In this document: positions 19,577-35,763 of the stretch, one piece after another
How positions within the stretch are numbered: the first letter of the stretch is position 1
Layout: each line of letters starts with the position of its first letter
NCBI GenBank assembly: GCA_965601425.1
Contig: CBFCWF010000001.1
Location: 1-48,445 of the forward strand
Reading direction: 5' to 3'
From: an uncultured Chromatiaceae bacterium
GTDB lineage: Bacteria > Pseudomonadota > Gammaproteobacteria > Chromatiales > Chromatiaceae
Length of the DNA stretch: 48,445 nt
Program-made: the position numbers and the translations under genes
Notes under the pieces: generated by a model
Databases searched by the model: none
The model's input: the letters and a program-made list of their open reading frames with translations, nothing else
Told to the model about the DNA's origin: nothing

Positions 19577-19768
19577 ATGTACAAAATCTGGAGGTTGTTC
19601 GATCCAAGGCGGGCATTGGTCGCACTGGCTGCGTTCCTGTTCACCTTGGCTCTGCTCATCCACTTCATCCTGTTGAGCACAGACAAGTTCAATTGGCTTG
19701 AAGGCCCGTCTGCCCAGGCTTCGGCCGCGGCAGCACAAATGGCTCCCCTCCCTCCGGCGCGAAGTTAG
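19577..19768 (+). CDS. pufA: LH1 antenna alpha subunit
   Basis: [33 protein letters not shown]; GGAGA RBS. Confidence 0.97.
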   Translation: MYKIWRLFDPRRALVALAAFLFTLALLIHFILLSTDKFNWLEGPSAQASAAAAQMAPLPPARS

Positions 19769-19789
19769 CCGATCAGGGGGTGCCCGTCG

Positions 19790-19849
19790 CGGGGTGGCGG
19801 ATTGCGTCGACCGAGCAGCATGCCGGTGTCCGTCCGTCACCTCGTTTTT
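19790..19849 (+). terminator. Probable intrinsic terminator or 3' stabilising hairpin after pufA
   Basis: CGGGGTGGCGGA (19790-19801) pairs with TCCGTCACCTCG (19833-19844, two G-U pairs), followed by TTTTT; loop is large. Confidence 0.5.
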
Positions 19850-19878
19850 CTGCGCCACTGCTTTCACAGAGGCCAACG

Positions 19879-20469
19879 ATGCACGCAGACAGCCAGCGCC
19901 AGGTTTCGTTCGACGATGAACTGCTGATCCTGGTCGATGAGGCCGACAATGTGACCGGTTACGAGAGCAAGCGCAATGCGCACGCCGGCCCCGGTATGCT
20001 GCATCGCGCCTTCTCGATCTTCCTGTTTTCTCCGTCGGGCAGGGTGCTACTGCACAAGCGGAGCACACAGAAGCCGCTGTGGCCGTCCTACTGGACCAAC
20101 AGCTGCTGTAGTCATCCCCGCAAGGGCGAAAGCTACACCGTCGCTGCCCACCGCCGACTGCGGGAAGAGTTGGGCGTCGATGCCGAGCTGGAGTTTCTCT
20201 ATCAGTTCCAGTACAGCGCGGCGTTCCATGAGCAGGGCAGCGAACGCGAATTGTGCGCGGTGTTCGTCGGTCGCCTCGAGCAAGATTGTGCGATTCTGGC
20301 GAATCCCAACGAGGTTGCCGCCTGGCGATGGGTGAGCTGTACTCAGCTCGATGCCTGGGTGCGTGAGGCCCCCGAAAATTTCACGCCCTGGTTTCTGCTG
20401 GAGTGGCGGCGTCTGCAAACCGACAAGCGGGCTGACGTGATCAGGGCCTGCCAGCCGCGCGCCCACTAA
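19879..20469 (+). CDS. idi: Isopentenyl-diphosphate delta-isomerase type 1 (Nudix fold)
   Basis: LILVDE, LHRAFSIFLF, WTNSCCSHP, RRLREELG, ERELC, NPNEV, FTPWF; GAGG RBS before ATG 19879. Confidence 0.93.
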   Translation: MHADSQRQVSFDDELLILVDEADNVTGYESKRNAHAGPGMLHRAFSIFLFSPSGRVLLHKRSTQKPLWPSYWTNSCCSHPRKGESYTVAAHRRLREELGVDAELEFLYQFQYSAAFHEQGSERELCAVFVGRLEQDCAILANPNEVAAWRWVSCTQLDAWVREAPENFTPWFLLEWRRLQTDKRADVIRACQPRAH

Positions 20470-20725
20470 TCCGCAGGACTCAGTGGTCGGCAAACGGCGG
20501 TCCGGCAACTTGTTGACCGACAGGGCCGAAAGCGGCAAATGTGCCTGTCTTGGCGAATCACACACTGTTTCGGCCGCTTGGCTGTCGCGGTGCTGGCGGT
20601 TTCTCGCGCGCGTTGGCTTGATCTTGCGTTGCACCTCCATATACAACGCCCTTCGGGCCAGCCGCTGTGTCAATCCGCTCCCGGCAATCTCGTCGCTCCA
20701 GGCCGGCACCGCTGCGATTTGCGGC

Positions 20726-22057
20726 CTAGAGGCCAGCAAGGCCCTCGGGTCGGGCGCACAGGAGCTCGTGCAGCATGTAGCGTCCCTGTGGTGTGATGGT
20801 CATACAGTCGGGGGTTATCGAGAGCAGGCCATCGCGCGCATAGCCCGACCAGCTGGACGATGGTCCCTCGGTGGGGTCGAACAAGGCCGTGTAGTCACGC
20901 AATTCCATGTTGCACGTCAACGCCACCAGCGCATCGCGTCGGCGCCGTTCCCGGTCGCTCAGCCTGACACCGCCGCGGATCGGGAACATACCCTTCGACA
21001 CCGAGGTTTGCCAGGGCGCTAGCTCGAGATGGTTCTGCACACACAGGCCCTGCAGCTCGCTGATCGCGTTGGTACCGAATCCATGGATATCACTTGCCGG
21101 CTGATGGGTGTAGCCGATCCAGTTCTTTCGCAGGCGATGCTCCGATTGCGCATCGCAGAGTGCGTCCCCAGCCTTCGCGAAGCAGTCAAGGCCAACCCAG
21201 GTGTAGTCCGGCGACAGTCCCTGCACGATCCCGTTGAACAGGGCTAGCTTGTCGGCCAGCGACGGCATTTCACAGGGGTCGATGGCCCGCTGGTGGCCGC
21301 GATCCACGATCCGCCGCGTGTAGGCGAAGCAGGCAATCCGGTCCGGTGCGATGTCCAGCAAATTCTCCACCGTGCGTTCGATGCTCGCTTCATTCTGGCG
21401 TGGGAGACCGTACATCACGTCGGTAGTGACGGAATCGAACCCGGTGTCGCGCGCGGTCGCGAACACATCGCGGATCATGTCCAGCGAGTTCACGCGGCCG
21501 ATCGCGAGCTGCACGGTCGGGTCGAGGTCACGCACGCCAAACGTAATCCGACGGAAACCCAAGCCATGCAACAGGGCGAGCTGCGACGGGGAGGTGCGAT
21601 TGGGATTGGCGTCGAGCGAGGTTTCGGTGTCGGCGTCGATCGTGAACCGCCGGTCCAGCAGCGACATCAGGCGCACGAGCTGCCGGTCGCTGAGGTAGTT
21701 CGGCGACCCCCCGCCGACATGCAGCTGCTGCACGCGGCGGCCGCTACCGATCGCACTGGCGACCAGCGCAATCTCGCGTTCCAACATGTCCAGGTAGCGG
21801 TCGACCTCGGCCGGGTCGTGGGTGACCGTCGTATTATTGTCGCAGTTCAGGCACCGGACCGGGCAGAAGGGCAGATGGACATAGAGCGTGACAGGGGAGG
21901 CATTGTCGCTGTCCGGCGCCGACAAGGCGCTGGCAAACTCATCGGCGTCGACGCCGCTGTCCGCCGAGAACACGGAGTCGCTGCGGCGTGAAGCCCCGAT
22001 CCTCGTGTACCGGCTGATCAGGGCCTGTGGAATATCGACTGCATTGCCCGTTGACAT
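20726..22057 (-). CDS. HemN/HemZ-like radical SAM protein (divergent)
   Basis: LYVHLPFCPVRCLNC (CxxxCxxC), GGGSP, GFRRITFGV, DVMYGLPRQ, C-terminal TPQGR. GGGGAG RBS supports a start at 22057 or 22060, not 22459. Confidence 0.8.
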   Translation of the reverse strand: MSTGNAVDIPQALISRYTRIGASRRSDSVFSADSGVDADEFASALSAPDSDNASPVTLYVHLPFCPVRCLNCDNNTTVTHDPAEVDRYLDMLEREIALVASAIGSGRRVQQLHVGGGSPNYLSDRQLVRLMSLLDRRFTIDADTETSLDANPNRTSPSQLALLHGLGFRRITFGVRDLDPTVQLAIGRVNSLDMIRDVFATARDTGFDSVTTDVMYGLPRQNEASIERTVENLLDIAPDRIACFAYTRRIVDRGHQRAIDPCEMPSLADKLALFNGIVQGLSPDYTWVGLDCFAKAGDALCDAQSEHRLRKNWIGYTHQPASDIHGFGTNAISELQGLCVQNHLELAPWQTSVSKGMFPIRGGVRLSDRERRRRDALVALTCNMELRDYTALFDPTEGPSSSWSGYARDGLLSITPDCMTITPQGRYMLHELLCARPEGLAGL

Positions 22058-22540
22058 CATGTCGCTCCCCCTGTTCGGCGAAATATGCCCGGTCGCTCGA
22101 TAGACTGCCTGACCGCCGGTGATTGGTCGTCCGCATCTGGCGTCGGAACCGCCGCCCGATGTCTGCTGCACCTCGGATGGCCAACGGCTGCAAATGCGTG
22201 GCTGGGTCGCCGCAGCCCTCGTTGGCCGGAAAGCCGCACCGCACTGTCGATGTGAGGGTCCCACCGCGTGCCACGCGTCGGGCCCGGCCGCGCCCGGCCC
22301 GGTCGGTACTTTGCGGCCCCGCATCGACGCATAAAAATCTAGCACATTGTAAACAATAGTTGACGTCAACCAGACGGCACGTCTGGAATTGTCTGGTTTT
22401 TTCGTACCCCTTGCCCAGCAAAGGCCGCGGTGGCGCTGCGCGAATCTGTCGATAGACAAAATCTTGGCGCGGTTTTGCTGCCTGGCCAGGATGCTTCGGC
22501 AAAACTGTTCAAGACGCTGCCGCCCCCGGGACGCGATCGC

Positions 22541-23365
22541 CTATGCTGCACGCTTGTTCGCTTCGAACGACTTTTCCGGTCCCGGCTGTACATCGGCGGC
22601 CGGCTGTCCGGCCTGCCGCAGCGCCCAGTTCCACAGCGCCGAGTCCCGCAGCGGCAGGACCATGAACCAGTGCTCGAGTATCCCCAGGGCGAGTAGCGTA
22701 GCGACCAGCACATCGCCGGTGCGGGTGAAGTCGTCCGACGCGGTCGTCGCTGCCGGCACCAGCAGTAGGACCATCAATGCCGTCGCGCTGGTGATGGCGA
22801 CGGGAAAGAACAAGTTCATCGGGCGTCGCCGCATGTAGGTGGTCAGAAACCGCAGATGCTCGGGAAACCAGTGCTCATTGATATGCGGGACGCCGAGGTA
22901 CAGGTTCAGTTTCGCGCTCCAGCGCATCAGCCACAGGGTCACGAAAGTCCAGGTCCCGAACCGGTTCGGCGCATCCCAGGTAAGCCCGATCAGCACCGCG
23001 CCGAGCAAGACGACCGCGGCCTCGTGGTGCAGACTCGTTTGCAGCGCCAGCCCGAAGCGCCGCCAGCCGGTGCTGCCGGTCGGGCAGGCGAGTTTACGGG
23101 GGCCGGTCAGGAATCCCATGAAATAGCTGATCTCGAGCCATCCCCAGACGAGCAGTGCCGCGGTAAAGGCCAGCATCGCGCCGACCGGCGTGGTGTCCGT
23201 GCTGCTCGTATGCAGCACGACCAGAGACCCCAACAGCACCAGGGTCGCCGCGAGCATGCTCCAGCGGTAGGTCCGCGCGCGCAGGTGGTTCAGAAACAGG
23301 ATCACACCGGTGCTCAACCACCAGGCGAGCAACGCGAAGCAGAATGGGAGCAGGTAATCTGGCAT
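22541..23365 (-). CDS. puhE: Photosynthetic complex assembly protein PuhE
   Basis: WWLSTGVIL, WGWLEISYFMG, MRWSAKLNLYLGVP, LEHWFMVLP; multi-TM; last gene of the puh operon. Confidence 0.9.
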   Translation of the reverse strand: MPDYLLPFCFALLAWWLSTGVILFLNHLRARTYRWSMLAATLVLLGSLVVLHTSSTDTTPVGAMLAFTAALLVWGWLEISYFMGFLTGPRKLACPTGSTGWRRFGLALQTSLHHEAAVVLLGAVLIGLTWDAPNRFGTWTFVTLWLMRWSAKLNLYLGVPHINEHWFPEHLRFLTTYMRRRPMNLFFPVAITSATALMVLLLVPAATTASDDFTRTGDVLVATLLALGILEHWFMVLPLRDSALWNWALRQAGQPAADVQPGPEKSFEANKRAA

Positions 23366-23377
23366 CGTGCGGTCTGC

Positions 23378-23926
23378 TCAGTGCCGGACGGATGCGAGGT
23401 CACTGGCAGCGGCGAGGGACCGGTCGATCGTCTGGGCCGGGCGGCCGGCCTGTGTGGCGTTCTCGATCGAGTGCCGGCCCGGGGCCGTGTCGAGCAGGCG
23501 CGCGAACGACTGGGCATTGGTCGAGCCGAATGCCCGGAGATCGACCAGCCGGCCGGTTGCCAGGTCGCGCAGCGTCAGCCGGCCATTGGCATGACGGGCG
23601 AGCCGGAACGGCACCTGGCGGTCGAGCGAGGCACTGCGGCGCTCGCGCGCGAGGCCCCGCAACACACCGCGGATGAAGTTTTCGGTGCCCGGCCGCAACG
23701 CGGCGAGCAGCTGCCCGCTGGCGGCGTCGAAGACATGGACCGTGCCGCCCTGGCCATCGGCAAAGCGCAGGTCGCGACTCTCGGCAATCGCACCGGGCGC
23801 CGCCTGGCCCGCCTTGAAGCCACCGAGCTGTGCCACCACCACGGCCAGCAGGCTGAACGCGACCAGTGCCGCGATGCCGAGCAGGGCGCCGCGCGGGGAA
23901 GGTTGATCGGCAAATGGATCGCTCAT
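23378..23926 (-). CDS. puhC: Photosynthetic complex assembly protein PuhC
   Basis: N-terminal TM, RDLRFAD, FIRGVLRGLARER, DLRAFGSTN. Confidence 0.92.
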   Translation of the reverse strand: MSDPFADQPSPRGALLGIAALVAFSLLAVVVAQLGGFKAGQAAPGAIAESRDLRFADGQGGTVHVFDAASGQLLAALRPGTENFIRGVLRGLARERRSASLDRQVPFRLARHANGRLTLRDLATGRLVDLRAFGSTNAQSFARLLDTAPGRHSIENATQAGRPAQTIDRSLAAASDLASVRH

Positions 23927-23938
23927 CGGTTTTCTCGC

Positions 23939-24619
23939 TCAGGACATCGCCGCGTTGCGGGCGTGTGGCGCGGGCGCGAACCCTGCGCGTGCGACCGCTG
24001 GCGCGGCTGGCTCCGCAGCCGGCTGCGACGTGTCGACCGCGGGGCGTCGTGCTCCCAAGACGTCGCCGAGATGGGCTGCGACAGGCTGGGCATCGGCGAG
24101 ACAGCGTAACATCGGCCGGACGGGAGAGAAGTGCCAGGGCCGCACGTGAGGCCAAAGCAGCCAATAGGACAGCTTCTGGTCCCGGGCCAGCGTCAGTGCG
24201 ATATCGCCGTTACCTCCCGCGTAGACCTTGAGATCTGCGGCATCGATCTTCTGCCAGGGGATATTGATCATCATCGGGATCGCGACACCAAATCGCATGA
24301 CCAGGCGCTGCTCCGTGACGGTGTAGACGGTTGTCTTGCCATACAGCCATGCGAGCAGCCCGAGCAGAGCGATCGCCGACAGCCCCAGCACCGCCAGCCA
24401 CGCCGCCCCTCTGACGGCGCCGGGCAGTGTTGCGCCCTCTGCCAATCGGAACCCGACATGAATGCCGATCAGCAGCACGAAGTACAGTGCGACCTTTCGG
24501 ACATGGAATGCGCGCCGAGCCAACTGGCGCCAATCCGGTGCACCCTGCCAGACGATGTGCTCGCCAGCGGGCAGGTAGGCCGGCAGCCCGCGGATCGGTT
24601 CAGATTCGTGCTCGTTCAT
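23939..24619 (-). CDS. puhB: Photosynthetic complex assembly protein PuhB
   Basis: EPIRGLPAYLPAGEHIVWQGAPDW, TVYTVTEQRLVMRFGVA, LWPHVRPW. Confidence 0.93.
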   Translation of the reverse strand: MNEHESEPIRGLPAYLPAGEHIVWQGAPDWRQLARRAFHVRKVALYFVLLIGIHVGFRLAEGATLPGAVRGAAWLAVLGLSAIALLGLLAWLYGKTTVYTVTEQRLVMRFGVAIPMMINIPWQKIDAADLKVYAGGNGDIALTLARDQKLSYWLLWPHVRPWHFSPVRPMLRCLADAQPVAAHLGDVLGARRPAVDTSQPAAEPAAPAVARAGFAPAPHARNAAMS

Positions 24620-25437
24620 AGCCAGGGCTCCGTGCGGCTGGGCATTGCGTAAAGGTGGCCACCGCCGTAGAAGGCGCAGATCTTGTCTTCTTCCTGCAGC
24701 GTGACCTGGTCGGGCTTCGCGAGGCCTGGTGCCCAGGCGAACTGGTTTGACTTGATCGACACCACCTTGACCCGCTGTCCGTCCTTGCTGATGCGCACGA
24801 AGTTGATCGGCAGCAGCGTTCGATGGGTCGCAACGCTGGTCTCGGGCGCGTCGTCGTCCTCATACGGGGCCTTACGCTCACTCGCGACCTCGACCTCGAG
24901 ATAGCGGATTTGCGGTTCTGCACGGTCGACCCAGATGTCCACGACGCGGGCGCCGACCGCGCCATCCGCGCCCATCACCGGCTTGCCCCGCGGGTCCGGG
25001 TCGCGCGGCTCGACAGAAAAATCGGTCGCGACCCGCATCGGTACGATCTTCGGCACGCCGTCGTGGGTCAGATCGGGCACCTCAGGGCGGATTGCATAGG
25101 CGGCCGGGCCGACGCCGTCCACCATCGGGTTGCCCGAAGGATGTAGGGGCGCACCCAACCAGCCGGCGACCGGTTTGGCCGCGAGCGGATAAGGCTCTGG
25201 GTCGGGCCGCGGTATCTGGCGCGTACCGCCACCGTGCGGCAGCAGGTATTCCTTGGGTGGTGGCATGTCGGGGAAACCGACGACCTTGATGTGCTTGGAT
25301 CGGTCGGATTCCAGCGGATAGCCTTCGCGTTTGTTTTCCCTATGCAGATAGAGGATCAATCCGAAGAAAAAGATCCAGAAGGCATAGAGTACGATTTGGG
25401 CTACGTCGAAATAGCCGGTGATTGCGCCAGTCTCCAT
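24616..25437 (-). CDS. puhA: Photosynthetic reaction centre H subunit
   Basis: METGAITGYFDVAQIVLYAFWIFF, RENKREGYPL, DGVGPA, DPDPRG, VTLQEEDKICAFYGGG; GGAGG RBS. Confidence 0.97.
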   Translation of the reverse strand: METGAITGYFDVAQIVLYAFWIFFFGLILYLHRENKREGYPLESDRSKHIKVVGFPDMPPPKEYLLPHGGGTRQIPRPDPEPYPLAAKPVAGWLGAPLHPSGNPMVDGVGPAAYAIRPEVPDLTHDGVPKIVPMRVATDFSVEPRDPDPRGKPVMGADGAVGARVVDIWVDRAEPQIRYLEVEVASERKAPYEDDDAPETSVATHRTLLPINFVRISKDGQRVKVVSIKSNQFAWAPGLAKPDQVTLQEEDKICAFYGGGHLYAMPSRTEPWL

Positions 25438-25465
25438 TGCGGTTCCTCCGTCGTGAATTTGAGTA

Positions 25466-26896
25466 TCAGCCCGGGAAATCGGGCACGCCGAACGCGGGCG
25501 GCCGCTCCTCCTGTTCGTCGGGCCGTCGAACCAGCGGGCCGATTGCGACCAGCGTGGCGAACAGCAGCGCGATCTCCATGTGGTAGACCACGCCGTATCC
25601 GGTCACGGGCCCGGTCAGCGCCGGCCCGAGGTCGCCGCGTTCGGCCATCCCGGTCACCAGGTCACGCAGCGCGCCGCCCAGCGCGATTGCGGTCCCGGCG
25701 GCGGTGGCCTGCACCGCGCCCCATGCGCCGAGCGCCAGGCCGCTTTCGCTGTGTTCCGACAGCGCCATCGCGGCGATCAAAGTGCCCACCGCGAACAGTC
25801 CGCCGCCGAAACCGATCAGTCCGGTACCGCAACGAAACAGCAGCGGGGATTCGAAAGGCGCCGACAGGATCACCGCGGCAAACGCGAAGATCCCCAGCAG
25901 TGCCCCGAAGCCGGCAATGCGCAACGGATCGGCGCCGTGGCCGAGCCAGCGCGAGGCGAGTAGGAAGGCCCCGAGCATGCCCGTAGCGAGGATCGCCGTC
26001 AGTCCGGTCGTGGCACTGACGGACAGCCCGAGGACCTGCCCACCGTAGGGCTCCAATAAGACGTCCTGCATGCTGAAGCCCGCGGTCCCGAGGCCGACCG
26101 CGATCAGCAAACGGACCGCGTTGCCATGTTGCCGGAATGTCTGCCAGGATTGCCGAAACGAAGGCCGCGGCCTGTCGTGCGCAGTACGCGCCGGATTGCG
26201 GGCCTCCTGCTGCCAGAGGGCGACGATATTGAGTGCGATGGTCAGCAGTGCGGCGCCCTGGATCACCTGGATCAAACGCATCTGACTGAAATCGTCGAGC
26301 AGCGCGGCGAAGCCGAGCGAACTCGCGACCATGCCGACCAAGAGCATCACGTACAGCAGCGCAACGACGCGCGGACGCGATGCCTTTGGCGCCAGGTCGG
26401 TGGCTAGCGCGAGGCCGGCCGTCTGCGTCGTGTGCAGCCCGGCCCCGACCAGCAGAAACGCGAGCGCTGCCGCGGCATAGCCTATCCAGGCCGGACCCCA
26501 GGTATCACCCGACAGAATGATCAGCGCGAACGGCATGATCGCGAGGCCGCCGAACTGCGCCATGCTGCCCATCCAGAGGTAAGGCACCCGCCGCCAGCCG
26601 AGAAAGGAGCGGTGGTGATCGGAGCGAAAGCCGATCAACGCCCGAGCCGGTGCGAAAAGCAGCGGCAGCGAGACCATCAGCGACACGAGCCAGCCGGGCA
26701 CGCCCAGCTCGAGCATCATCACGCGGTTCAGGGTGCCGTTGAGCAACACCAGCGCCATGCCGACCGACACTTGGAACAGCGACAGCCTCAGCAGCCGGCC
26801 GAGCGGCAGCTCATGCGTTGCCGCGTCGGCAAACGGCATGAAGCGCGGCCCCAGCGCAATCCACGCGCGCGAAATGCTGAGTGCGGAACGTTTCAC
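25466..26896 (-). CDS. lhaA: LhaA (PucC family) LH1 assembly MFS protein
   Basis: PFADAAT, LLRLSLFQVSVGM, GTLNRVM, QDVLLEPYGG, LGAWGAVQAT; between bchM and puhA; GTG start overlaps the bchM stop. Confidence 0.92.
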   Translation of the reverse strand: MKRSALSISRAWIALGPRFMPFADAATHELPLGRLLRLSLFQVSVGMALVLLNGTLNRVMMLELGVPGWLVSLMVSLPLLFAPARALIGFRSDHHRSFLGWRRVPYLWMGSMAQFGGLAIMPFALIILSGDTWGPAWIGYAAAALAFLLVGAGLHTTQTAGLALATDLAPKASRPRVVALLYVMLLVGMVASSLGFAALLDDFSQMRLIQVIQGAALLTIALNIVALWQQEARNPARTAHDRPRPSFRQSWQTFRQHGNAVRLLIAVGLGTAGFSMQDVLLEPYGGQVLGLSVSATTGLTAILATGMLGAFLLASRWLGHGADPLRIAGFGALLGIFAFAAVILSAPFESPLLFRCGTGLIGFGGGLFAVGTLIAAMALSEHSESGLALGAWGAVQATAAGTAIALGGALRDLVTGMAERGDLGPALTGPVTGYGVVYHMEIALLFATLVAIGPLVRRPDEQEERPPAFGVPDFPG

Positions 26897-27593
26897 AGGC
26901 GGGTAACTTCGAACGCCTGAGATGTATAGAAGCCGCTGCTGACCCGCTGGCAGCGTCCGGGTTTCCACATGGCCAGGCCGGCCTCGCCGCCCAACAGACG
27001 CCAGAGCCGGTCTTCACCTACCGGTTCGATGGCCGGCGCGCGGTCGCTGCGTGGGAACCAGCGGCCGGCGGCATGCATCAACGCCAGCATCCGCGTGCGC
27101 GGCGCGAACGTGAAGGCGACCGAGGTCTCCGCAATGCTGGCGAGCCCCGCCACCATGCGCACCGCGTCGACGGGATCGTAATGGATCAGCGAGTCCATCG
27201 CGATCACATGGTCGAAGTGTCCGAGCTCCGGGTCCCACATGTCGCCGACGCGGTATTCGAGACTGCCGTGTCCGAGGTCATCGGGCGAACGTTCGCGTGC
27301 CAGCGCGATCAGCGTCGGCGACAGATCGACCGCGATGACCTGCGCGCCGCGCCGCGCCGCCTCGACCGCCAGTGCGCCGGTGCCGCAGCCGGCATCGAGC
27401 ACGCGGCGGCCGCAGAGGTTCCGCGGCAGCCAGTCGAGCAGCGTGTTGCGCATCTGTTCACGGCCGGCACGCACGGTGCGCCGGATGCGCCCTACCGGGG
27501 CGTTCGACGTCAGGCGCGACCAGGCCTCGGCGGCCGTGCGGTCGAAGTAGTGTTCCACTTCGGAGCGTCTTTGCTTGTAGGTCAGTGTCGTCA

Positions 27594-27594
<1 letters not shown>
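26893..27594 (-). CDS. bchM: Magnesium protoporphyrin IX methyltransferase
   Basis: YFDRTAAEAW, IRRTVRAGR, VLDAGCGTG, AMDSLIHY, SGFYTSQA; ATG overlaps the bchL stop. Confidence 0.96.
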
Positions 27595-32189
<4,595 letters not shown>

Positions 32190-32218
<29 letters not shown>

Positions 32219-33755
32219 ACAGTGTCTCAACGCTTATTTTTGCCATGCCACGCTCGAGCGCGAATCGCTCGGTATTGCGGCGTGCCTTGCCGCGGACGAA
32301 GAACGGGATCTTTTTCAGCTCGTGCTCCGCCTCCGACTCCCAGGGGACCCCGTCGGCCGGCGCCGTGGCCGGCAGTTCGACCAGGTTCGCGCCGCCGGCG
32401 TGACCGCCGAGCGACGCCAGATGCGAAGGGGGGGCCGCATCGTTAAACTCGAAATCACCGCGGAACATCGTCAGCAGGTGTTCTTCGAGACCCATCATCA
32501 GCGGGTGTACCCAGGTGTCGAAGATCACGTTGGCGCCTTCGAAGCCCATCTGTGGGGAATAACGCGCCGGGTAGTCCTGCACATGGGCCGGCGTCGAGAT
32601 CACCGCGCAGGCGATGCCGAGACGCTTGGCGATGTGCCGCTCCATCTGCGTCCCGAGCACCAGTTCCGGCTGCAGTTCGGCGATCCGCGATTCCACGGCG
32701 AGGTAGTCATCGCTTATCAGCGGATCGACACCATGGGCCGCGGCCGCGGCGCGCACCTCGCGCGCCTGCTCGCGCGCGTAGCTGCCGATGCCGACGACGT
32801 CGAATCCGAGTTCGTCGCGCGCGATGCGTGCCGCGGCAATCGCGTGTGTCGCATCGCCGAACACGAACACCCGCTTGCCGGTGAGGTAGGTCGAGTCGAC
32901 CGAGCGGGAGTACCAGGGCAGGCGTGACGGTATTTGCCCGATCACCGGATCCACGTCGGCGCCGGTGACCTCGGCGATTTCCCGCAGGAAGTCGCAGGTC
33001 GCGCCGACACCGATCGGCACCGTCTCGATCATGGGTTGCTTGAACGTGCGCTGCAGCCAACTGCAAGCGGTCCTGGCAACCTCGGGGTAAAGGCAGACGT
33101 TGGCGTCCGCGTCCGGGATGCGCAGCAGGTCCTGCGCCGCGGCCCCAAGCGGCGCCGTCACGTTGACGTCGACGCCGACGCTGGCCAGCAGGCGCGTGAC
33201 CTCGACGACGTCGTCGCGGCAGCGGAAGCCCAGCGCGCTCGGTCCGAGCAGGTTGACGCGCGGCCGGCGTCCCCCGGACAGCGGCGGCCGGACCGCGCCG
33301 GGCGCCGGTGCACGGGACGCGAGCAGGCCGCGGACCAGTCGGTAGAAGGTCTCGCTGGCTCCCCAGTTCTCTTTGCGCGAGTAGGCCGACAGTTCCAACG
33401 GTATTACCGGCACCGGCAGGCCGGCGCCGCTCGCGAGCGACCCCGGCTGGTCCTGCAGCAGCTCGGCCGTGCAGGAGTCGCCGACCAGCAGCACGGCCGG
33501 CGCGAAACGATCGCAGGCCTCGCGGAGCGTGCGAATGACCATCGCCGCGGTATCGCCGCCGAGGTCGCGCGCTTGAAACGTGGTGTAGGTGACCGGTGGT
33601 CGCTTGCCCTGACGCTCGATCATTGTGAACAGCAGGTCGGCATAGGTATCGCCCTGCGGCGCGTGCAGGACCAGATGCACGTCCCGCAGCGAGGTGACCA
33701 TCCGTATCGCCCCGACGTGCGGCGGCCCCTCGTAGGTCCAGATCGTGAGTTCCAT
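32190..33755 (-). CDS. bchB: Dark-operative protochlorophyllide reductase subunit B
   Basis: [58 protein letters not shown]. Confidence 0.97.
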
Positions 33756-33762
33756 AGTCTGC

Positions 33763-35661
<1,899 letters not shown>

Positions 35662-35763
35662 AGTGCGTTGGTCGAGGCTTAACTAACTGCATCGACGTCA
35701 TTTTTTTTATTGTTTTCCGTTAACATGCCGCTATTGCAGACGTCCTGTGGTTGCGGCCCCTGA

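Noticed and set aside
20470-20725. ORFs in the idi-hemN convergent gap (20483-21022, 20539-20796)
   Set aside because: They run antisense into the hemN-like gene and have no motifs or clear RBS.
22058-22459. 134-aa N-terminal extension of the HemN-like ORF
   Set aside because: Low-complexity translation crossing a promoter-like AT-rich patch; a strong RBS sits at the internal ATGs. Similar over-extensions were trimmed for bchO, crtE, bchY, pufC, idi, lhaA, bchM, bchL, bchN, pucC, bphO and BLUF.
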